This document shows, in pieces, positions 29,196 through 36,540 of a stretch of DNA of 57,446 nucleotides (the first letter of the stretch is position 1; every line of letters starts with the position of its first letter). The stretch is from Dermatophilaceae bacterium (lineage in GTDB: Bacteria; Actinomycetota; Actinomycetes; Actinomycetales; Dermatophilaceae). Made by a program: the position numbers and the translations under genes. The notes beneath the pieces were generated by a model that did not search any database, was not told where the DNA came from, and saw only the letters and a list, made by a program, of their open reading frames with translations. The stretch is taken from positions 1 to 57,446 of the forward strand of contig DATCNE010000172.1 in the NCBI GenBank assembly GCA_036565395.1, read 5' to 3'.

Positions 29196-31145
29196 ATGAG
29201 CGCCATACATGCGGAGCGCGTGACAGGCCTTCCGGCAGCGGGGGGCGGCCTGATGCGCCGCCTGAACATCGTCACCGCGCTCGGAGGTGGCTTGGCGCTC
29301 GCCCTCGTGGGGTGGTCCATCTCGCGCCACTTCATGTTGGAGAACGACTTCGGCCCCGACCAGGTCACGGTCATCACGATGGTCTGCTGGGCGATCGGCT
29401 TCATGGTGGGCATCGGCGCGTTCAACGGGCCGATCGGCTGGCTGCGTGGCCACGACCTGACCCCCGAGGACGAGCTCTTCCTCGCGGGAAAGGACCAGGG
29501 GATACGTCGTTACTTCCGGTTCACCACCGACCACAAGGTCATCGGCATCCAGTACCTGGTACTGACCATGGTCCTGTTAGGCCTCGGCGGCACCATGGCC
29601 ATGCTCATCCGCACCAACCTGATCAGCCCGAACTCAAACTTTCTCAACCCGCAGGAGTACAACGCGATCGTCGGCCTGCACGGCCTGATCATGATCATCG
29701 CGACGATCATCATGGTGACCGGCCCATTCGGGAACTTCATCATGCCGTTGATGATCGGCGCCCGGGACATGGCATTCCCGCGCCTGAACGCCCTGAGCCT
29801 CTGGTTGATCGTCGCCGCTGTTCCGGTCTTCTTGTCAGGCGCATTCCTGGGAGGGATCCCGACCGGCTGGGTCGGCTATGCCCCACTGGCCGACCAGGCG
29901 CCGCCCGGAATGGACGCGTACATGATGACGATCATCATCTTCGCGATCTCCAGCGCCATGGCCGGGGCGAACATCGTCACGACCGTGTTGACCATGCGGG
30001 CTCGTGGTATGACCTGGAACCGGACACCGATCTTCGTCTACGGGTTGGTCGCCAGCGTCGGCCTTGCCATCCCCGCGTTCCCCATGTTCATGGCGTCGCA
30101 GGTCATGCTGGGTCTTGACCGCACCATGGGCGGGCAGTTCTACGTCGCCTCCGGTGGTGGGAGCCCCTGGCTCTACGAAAACCTGTTCTGGCTGATGGGC
30201 CACCCCGAGGTCTACGTCATCTTGATCCCGGCCATAGCCGCCCTGATGGAGCTGACCGCGGTGTTCTCCCGCAAGCCGTTGTTCAGCTTCAACGCCGCGG
30301 TGCTCGGCATTGTCGGGATCTCCATCCTCAGCGTCATGGTGTGGGCGCACCACATGTACGCCTCCGGCTGGGCACCGAACCTCAACGGGGCCTTCATGCT
30401 GACCACGGAGATGATCTCCATACCGACCGGCATGCTCTTCCTTGTCATCCTGGGCACGATCTGGCGCGGACGGATCTGGACCCGACTGCCCATGATGGCG
30501 ACCTACGCGATGCTGTGGAACTTCATCATCGGCGGCATAACCGGCCTGTACCTGTCCGATGTCCCGCTGGACTACGCCCTTCACGGGTCCATGTTCGTCA
30601 CGGCCCACTTCCACTACACCCTCATGGGTGCCGGGTTGACCGGTGCGATTGGCGCCTTGGCGTTCTGGTTCCCGAAGATGACCGGCCGGATGCTCAAAGA
30701 GCGATTTGGTTTCATCTCGTTCTGGCTGGTGCAGATCGGCTTCAACGTCACTTTTCTGGGGATGTTTGCGGTGGGCCTTGCGGGCCAGCCGCGCCGGGTC
30801 TATACCTACGCCAACCTGCTGACGACGGGCAACTTCGTCTCCACCATCGGCGCCTACGTCATCGGGATCGGAATGCTCTTCCTGCTGTACGCCGTGATCA
30901 GCTCCTGGCGGCACGGTGTGCTGGCGCCGTCCAACCCGTGGGGCAGCAAGACGTTGGAGTGGACGGTGCCCAACCCCATCCCGCTGGAGAACTTCGAGGT
31001 GCTGCCGGTTGTGACGTCCGATGCCTACGGCTACGGCGAGGAACAGTTCGCACCCATCCAGGAGCCGGAACGGCAGCCTGAGCTCGAACCGGTGAGCGTC
31101 GGCAGCAGTGCTGACGAGGAGAGCGCCGAAGGAGCGAGGCTATGA
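29196..31145 (+). CDS. ctaD: heme-copper oxidase subunit I, atypical (N-terminal 2-TM extension; variant K-pathway and Mg-site residues)
   Basis: FTTDHKVIGIQY, LHGLIMI, RDMAFPRLN, GHPEVYVILIP, WAHHMY, AHFHYTL and GQPRRV. 649 aa. Confidence 0.9.
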   Translation: MSAIHAERVTGLPAAGGGLMRRLNIVTALGGGLALALVGWSISRHFMLENDFGPDQVTVITMVCWAIGFMVGIGAFNGPIGWLRGHDLTPEDELFLAGKDQGIRRYFRFTTDHKVIGIQYLVLTMVLLGLGGTMAMLIRTNLISPNSNFLNPQEYNAIVGLHGLIMIIATIIMVTGPFGNFIMPLMIGARDMAFPRLNALSLWLIVAAVPVFLSGAFLGGIPTGWVGYAPLADQAPPGMDAYMMTIIIFAISSAMAGANIVTTVLTMRARGMTWNRTPIFVYGLVASVGLAIPAFPMFMASQVMLGLDRTMGGQFYVASGGGSPWLYENLFWLMGHPEVYVILIPAIAALMELTAVFSRKPLFSFNAAVLGIVGISILSVMVWAHHMYASGWAPNLNGAFMLTTEMISIPTGMLFLVILGTIWRGRIWTRLPMMATYAMLWNFIIGGITGLYLSDVPLDYALHGSMFVTAHFHYTLMGAGLTGAIGALAFWFPKMTGRMLKERFGFISFWLVQIGFNVTFLGMFAVGLAGQPRRVYTYANLLTTGNFVSTIGAYVIGIGMLFLLYAVISSWRHGVLAPSNPWGSKTLEWTVPNPIPLENFEVLPVVTSDAYGYGEEQFAPIQEPERQPELEPVSVGSSADEESAEGARL

Positions 31146-31762
31146 GCGCCACGACAGCTCCAGGCACGCCGATTCATCGCGAGGACGTCGACACGGTCGG
31201 CCGGCGTTGGCGGATGGGGGTCGGGTTCATCATCGTTGCGGACGCGTCCTTTGTCGCCGCGATGCTGTTCAGCTACCGCTACCTGCGGGGCCTCAACACC
31301 GAGGGCGCGTGGGTGCCGCACGGTTCTGCGACCGCACCCATCTGGAGCTCGTGGCTGCTGGCAGCCGGGCTCGTCCTCAGCGCGGTGGTCTTCCGCTGGG
31401 GAGAGAGAGGTATCCGCGGCGGAGACAGTGCTCCGCTCGTCCGGGCGAGCGCAGTGGGCGTGGTCCTGCTCGTTGCCGTCGCGGTCGGACAGGTGGTTCA
31501 GATCGCCAGCTTCACCTTCGCGATCGCCGCGAGCGCCTACGCGTCCACGATGTATCTCCTGACGGGGGCCAACCTCTTCCACGTGGTTCTGACTCTGTTC
31601 CTGGGTGTGTCGATGTGGAACCGGGGTCGGCTGGGCAGGTACACGGCCACTGAGAACTGGCAGGTCGGGATCGTCTCGCTCTGGTGGGCCTGGATCGCGC
31701 TCGCCGCAGTACTCAGCGCCCTCACCACGTCCTTCATCGCCAGCCCCACCATCGGCGGCTGA
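31142..31762 (+). CDS. ctaE: heme-copper oxidase subunit III
   Basis: 206 aa, 5 TM, with a subunit-III-like helix pattern (LFHVVLTLFLGVSMW). ATGA overlap with subunit I. Confidence 0.75.
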   Translation: MSATTAPGTPIHREDVDTVGRRWRMGVGFIIVADASFVAAMLFSYRYLRGLNTEGAWVPHGSATAPIWSSWLLAAGLVLSAVVFRWGERGIRGGDSAPLVRASAVGVVLLVAVAVGQVVQIASFTFAIAASAYASTMYLLTGANLFHVVLTLFLGVSMWNRGRLGRYTATENWQVGIVSLWWAWIALAAVLSALTTSFIASPTIGG

Positions 31763-31799
31763 CACCTCGGGGTTTCGTCCGCGCGTTAGCCAGCGGTGA

Positions 31800-32987
31800 T
31801 CAGTTCTGCGACACCATCTGGTTCCCGACGGTTGTGACCCAGCCGGGCAGCGCGACGTGAGAGAACGACGTACCGTCGCCGCGCACTGCCCACAGGATGG
31901 CCCCCTTCGCCGTGGTCCCGGTTGCGAAACCTGCCCCGCTGCCGGTGGGGGCCAGGTCGGTGACTCCAAGAGGGGCCGCACCGTGGTCCGTCCACGTCAC
32001 GCCGGCGTTCGCGGAGGAGTAGACGTGGTCACCGCTCGCTGCGCCGCCGAGCATCCACACGTCCTGGCCGTGGCAACCCCACGCGGGTGAACCGTGCGGA
32101 ACCGTCAAGGGAGCGCCGGTTGCCCAGGTGGCTCCGCCGTCCACGCTGGCGGCGATGGACATGGTCCCTCGCGCTCGCACCACCGGCAGCACCCATGCCT
32201 GGTCGCCTCCGCAGGGTGTCAACGCCGCGACGGCGTCCGGGGCCAGCCCGGCCACGGTGGCCCACCTCCGGCCGAAGTCGTTGGTCGTGAACGCCACCGG
32301 CGATCCGGCAGGTCCGTGACCGGTCAGCCAGCCGCGACCGCCCGCACCCCACCTGAGGCCGTCGAGATGAAGGTGCCCGCCAGGCACCAGCCGGGAGGCG
32401 TCGGTCAGCACGCTCCAGCCATGCTCCCCCTTCTCAACAACGGTTCCGCCGGCCGCGTGCAATACGGCCGTGACACCCCGCGGACCCAGTGCGACCGACT
32501 GCCGGCCGACGGTGAGAGCGCCGGGCAGCTGATCGGGACTCCAGGTCGTGCCGGAGTTCGGGCTGCGCAGGAGGGGCGAGACGACGAGCTGGTCGAACGG
32601 CAGCGCGCCCACCACGAGCTCGCGGGAGCTCGCGGCCGTGGTCAGCCCCCCACCCGTGGGCACAGCGATAGGGGTGATGTTGGTGACGTGCCGCCAACCA
32701 TCCCCGGTGCGCAGCAGCAGGAACGCGGCCCCGCTGGGCCACACGGCATCGCCGGAGCGGCTGTCCTGCATCAGCAGCCATGGTGACGCGGCGCGCAACG
32801 GCGACCCGGTGGAGGTGGCAAGCCGCTGGGCTCGGTCAGTGGCGGACGAGGGGGACACCGGTGCGGACGGGGACGGCGTGCAGGCCGACAACAACAGAAG
32901 CAGGCTGGCGAGCGCGAGTGTGCGTGCCCGATACTGTCCGCGGTGACCTCGGGGACGGTGAGGGCAGTCCACCCAGGCCGGGGTCAT
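31800..32987 (-). CDS. BNR/Asp-box repeat beta-propeller lipoprotein (Ycf48/sialidase-fold-like)
   Basis: Lipobox LLLLSACT and repeated SxxxGxTW-type boxes (NSGTTWSP, DGGATWAT, NAGVTWTD, NDFGRRWAT). ATGA overlap with the upstream gene. Confidence 0.65.
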   Translation of the reverse strand: MTPAWVDCPHRPRGHRGQYRARTLALASLLLLLSACTPSPSAPVSPSSATDRAQRLATSTGSPLRAASPWLLMQDSRSGDAVWPSGAAFLLLRTGDGWRHVTNITPIAVPTGGGLTTAASSRELVVGALPFDQLVVSPLLRSPNSGTTWSPDQLPGALTVGRQSVALGPRGVTAVLHAAGGTVVEKGEHGWSVLTDASRLVPGGHLHLDGLRWGAGGRGWLTGHGPAGSPVAFTTNDFGRRWATVAGLAPDAVAALTPCGGDQAWVLPVVRARGTMSIAASVDGGATWATGAPLTVPHGSPAWGCHGQDVWMLGGAASGDHVYSSANAGVTWTDHGAAPLGVTDLAPTGSGAGFATGTTAKGAILWAVRGDGTSFSHVALPGWVTTVGNQMVSQN

Positions 32988-34726
32988 GCCAGCAGCCTCC
33001 GGATCTCTTGCTCGATCAGAGTTGAGTAGCCCTGGGACAGTTCCGGGTTCGCTCCGTCGCCGAGGTACGCCGCCGTCGTCCCGTCGGGTGAGATGAAGTA
33101 GATGCCCTCACCATGGGCGATCATGCCGACCGCTGGGACCTGCACGACGATGCCGTATGCCGCGAGCACGTCCCCCAGCTGCGCGGCCGGTCCGACCAGG
33201 AAATGCCAGTTGGGCAGGTCACCCAGGTCATGGGATCTGGTGAAGGCCTGGACATCCTCGACCCGGTCGAAGACCGGGTTGGTGTCGATCGCCACGATCT
33301 GCACCTTCTGAGCCAGCGGACCCAGGGCGCGTTCTGCAGCCGCGATCTGGTTGGCGATGATCGGGCAGTCGTCACTGCAGACAGGGTCGAGGAAGGTCAC
33401 CAGCGTGAGGGTTCCGCGCAGCCCTGACATCGACACCGTGGTTCCCGTCTGGTCCGTCAGCGTGAACCCCGGAGCCGGCCGGTGGGGTAGGGCGATGACG
33501 CCGCCACTGCTGTCGGCGGTGACCGCTGCCGTGTCGGGGGGGCCGAGTAGCGTGCCCAGCAGGAGTACCGGCACCACCAGTACCGCGCCAACCCCGACCG
33601 TGGTGAGAGCTGTGGTGAGGCCGGCTCGCGCTGGCAGGCTGAGCGCGACGGCCGGGTGCGCTGTGCCCTGCTCGCGCACCGCCGCGCGTGACGGCCACCG
33701 TGGCCAGCCTGCCGCGAGCACAACGGCCAGCGGCAGAGCAGTGTTGGGGTCGGTTGCCAGCCCACCCAACACCCCGAAGTCCTGGGCCAGCCACCAGGTG
33801 GCGAGGCACATGGTGATCCCGGCAGCGACGTAGGTGGACGCTGACGAGACGAGCAAACCGATGCCGACCATGACGAGAATGATCACGATCGTGGCATTGA
33901 TCGCGACAGGGTGGCTCTGAGCCAGATGCGACGCACCGGTGATCGGCGCGAGAAAGAAGTTCGGCTGGCTGACGTGGGCGCCCATCTCGAACGGCGCGGA
34001 GAGCCCTCGGCCTGACCAGTTGTCCTCCCACGGCAGGGCCTGCAGCATGGCTGCGGCGAGCATCCAGACCCCTACCGCTCGCCGGGCCAGCCTCTGGGCG
34101 TTGCCGCTGTTCCATCGATCCCACCGGAGCAGCAGCAGGGCGGCAGCCAGGGCGTAGACCAGGGCGGCACCAGGCGCACCGCTGAGCCACGACGCGTTCG
34201 TTTCCAGCAGACCACCGAGGAACTCACCGCCGACCCACACCACGGCGCTCCAGAGCATGCTGGCCCACAGTGCTGATCTGGCGATCAGCCCCTGACCCCC
34301 GAGCAGTAGGAGCAGCCCGAGACCGAGCTGGATGTACACCGTGACCGCATCGGCCGCCACCGGGTGGTGCGTCCAGGTTTGGGCGAACGGTTGGACGAGA
34401 TCGACGAGCCAGCCAGGGCCAGAGCTGATTCCCGGCGCCAACGTGTGGGGGACAAAGCCAGCCGGCATGAATCGTTGTGCCTGCAGCAGCCCGTCCACCA
34501 GCCACAACAGACCGAGACCGATCCGCAGGAACCGCCGGGCTGGTGGCTCGACCTCCCGAACCGTTCGTGAAGGCATCAGCGGTGGTATCCCCTGCGCTGC
34601 CCGGCGCCGTTGCCACCACCACGCCACGCCACCGGTCAGCAGCCCGGCGCCGACCAACCACAGCAGGATGCGCAGGAGTATTGCAGCCAGCTCAGGGAAC
34701 ATGTCCGTGAGCACGTCGCCCGACAT
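32984..34726 (-). CDS. fusion of a polytopic membrane domain (~400 aa, unknown family) with a C-terminal SCO1/SenC thioredoxin-like domain
   Basis: About 10 hydrophobic helices, then FTLTDQTGTTVSMSGLRGTLTLVTFLDPVCSDDCPII (CxxxCP). Confidence 0.7.
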   Translation of the reverse strand: MSGDVLTDMFPELAAILLRILLWLVGAGLLTGGVAWWWQRRRAAQGIPPLMPSRTVREVEPPARRFLRIGLGLLWLVDGLLQAQRFMPAGFVPHTLAPGISSGPGWLVDLVQPFAQTWTHHPVAADAVTVYIQLGLGLLLLLGGQGLIARSALWASMLWSAVVWVGGEFLGGLLETNASWLSGAPGAALVYALAAALLLLRWDRWNSGNAQRLARRAVGVWMLAAAMLQALPWEDNWSGRGLSAPFEMGAHVSQPNFFLAPITGASHLAQSHPVAINATIVIILVMVGIGLLVSSASTYVAAGITMCLATWWLAQDFGVLGGLATDPNTALPLAVVLAAGWPRWPSRAAVREQGTAHPAVALSLPARAGLTTALTTVGVGAVLVVPVLLLGTLLGPPDTAAVTADSSGGVIALPHRPAPGFTLTDQTGTTVSMSGLRGTLTLVTFLDPVCSDDCPIIANQIAAAERALGPLAQKVQIVAIDTNPVFDRVEDVQAFTRSHDLGDLPNWHFLVGPAAQLGDVLAAYGIVVQVPAVGMIAHGEGIYFISPDGTTAAYLGDGANPELSQGYSTLIEQEIRRLLA

Positions 34727-34958
34727 CAGCGCCCGCAGTGACGCCGGACGTGGCGCCGGCTCGGCCTCCGAGTGACGACTACATCGTGCACCGGTCGCCT
34801 CCGTCTCAGCCGATTGCTTGGCCCGTTCGGCACCACGCCTGCCACGTGGCGCTGGGAATGGTGCGCAATACTAACGCGCCACACGTGACCCAAGGGCCCG
34901 TTTCTCCTACTGTCTCTAGCATCGGATCTTGTTGGTCTGGCCGCTCGAAGGAGGCTGG

Positions 34959-35732
34959 GTGCCCGTTTCCGTCTCATCCTGGGACCTGGTGATGTCCGGC
35001 CCACTGGTGCTGGCGGCGCCCGTAGCCGTAGCTGCCGGCGCGCTCTCCTTCTTCTCCCCATGCTGCTTGCCGCTCTTGCCGGGCTACCTGTCGTTCTTGA
35101 CCGGCAGCCTCGGGGCGGGTGTCGTGCGCTCGGGGCCGGTCGGGAGGAGCCGCAGCACCATGGTCGGGGCAACTCTGTTCGTGCTCGGTTTCGCCGCAGT
35201 GTTCACCAGCTATGGAGCCGCATTCGGTGGGCTGGGCGCTTTGCTACAGTCGCATCAGCAGACACTGACACGGGTCCTCGGGGGCTTCACGATCGTCCTG
35301 GGTCTGCTGTTCGCCGGGGCGCTGGCGAGGTTTTCGTGGGCCAACCGCAGCCTGAAGCTGCGTTTCCGCCCGCCGACGGGTGTGGCCGGCGCGCCGCTGG
35401 TGGGCATCCTGTTCGGACTGGGTTGGACCCCCTGCCTCGGTCCGACCCTGGCTGCGGTCCTGACCTTGGCTACGACGACCGGTGGCGCGTGGCGCGGCGC
35501 CGCCTTGGCATTCGTGTATAGCCTGGGCCTCGGCATCCCGTTCCTGGCGGCCGCCGCATCGGCGGATCGAGCAATGGCCGCCTTCGACTGGCCGCGCCGA
35601 CACGCCGCGGCCATCATGCGACTCGGCGGGCTGATGCTCGTGCTCGTCGGCGTGTTACAGGTCTCGGGTGCATGGGGCGCGATGGTCGCCCATATGCAGG
35701 GCCTGATCAGCGGGTTCCAGCTCCTGCTCTGA
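34959..35732 (+). CDS. ccdA: cytochrome c biogenesis protein CcdA (DsbD-family thiol-reductant transporter)
   Basis: [16 protein letters not shown] and [13 protein letters not shown] 34959 lies 4 nt after GAAGGAGG; the track start is TTG 34929. Confidence 0.85.
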   Translation: MPVSVSSWDLVMSGPLVLAAPVAVAAGALSFFSPCCLPLLPGYLSFLTGSLGAGVVRSGPVGRSRSTMVGATLFVLGFAAVFTSYGAAFGGLGALLQSHQQTLTRVLGGFTIVLGLLFAGALARFSWANRSLKLRFRPPTGVAGAPLVGILFGLGWTPCLGPTLAAVLTLATTTGGAWRGAALAFVYSLGLGIPFLAAAASADRAMAAFDWPRRHAAAIMRLGGLMLVLVGVLQVSGAWGAMVAHMQGLISGFQLLL

Positions 35733-36228
35733 GGACATAGCAAACCGGCGCATGGCCCGTGGGACGAGCCGCATGGCTGTGAGAGACCGCGACGAGCGGA
35801 CTCGGTGTTGACCGTATCGAGCCGTTGACTATTGGGGAGGAGGCTTGCTATGAGATCACGTCGCTGTCCGCAGTATCTGCTTCAATGTCGACATAGTTCA
35901 AGAAAGATGGAGTGAAGGCGTGACAGATGTCCCTGCGACCCTTGTTGAGAAGCGGTTATGTGCGTCGCGCAAACCCGCGGGCGCAAGTTCACATGGGCCT
36001 TGCACTAACACGCGCATTTGCTTTCGCCGCGGCAATCGTGAGGCCCAGTTCCCAAGTGACACGGTTCGTCTCTGCATTCAGCGCCAGCAAACAAGACCGG
36101 TCACCAAGCGTGGACGACTCGCCGCAGCGAAGGAACATCCGGCACAATGCGGTACGACCCCTAACTCTCTGACCTGCACGGATGCACTTAGCGGTCCGTG
36201 ATATCCGATTTCTGCGCCTATGGAAAGG

Positions 36229-36396
36229 CACGTGGCACCAGTGACAGGCTGCATACCCGATCGACAGCAGGATGGGTTTGCTGAGATGCTCCGCCTCCGC
36301 GAGAGCATCCGGCCCCCACTGCCACCAGTCGACCGGATTGTCCTTGTGCTGCAACAGGTACGGGCTCGTGGAGTCCGCGAGTCGGTTCACCATCAC
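36229..36396 (-). pseudogene. 5' fragment (~56 codons) of a thioredoxin-domain (DUF255) gene, paralogous to 21270..23261
   Basis: [55 protein letters not shown] differs from the intact gene at only 2 residues. It then diverges into unrelated, basic, A/T-richer sequence right after a CACGTG hexamer. Confidence 0.85.
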
Positions 36397-36429
36397 GGTC
36401 GCCTCTCCTGATCGGTTTCAGTGGTGTCG
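36229..36429. repeat. direct repeat copy B
   Basis: See copy A (23097..23297). Same orientation, 13132 nt apart. Confidence 0.9.
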
Positions 36430-36540
36430 CACCATCCCACAAAAGGCCGTGGTTGGCTTCGCTCCCGATCGATATAGTCGCGCAATGACCTTGTTCACTG
36501 CGAGAGGTTTCGAGATGGTTGTGGATCTTGCCTCGACGCA

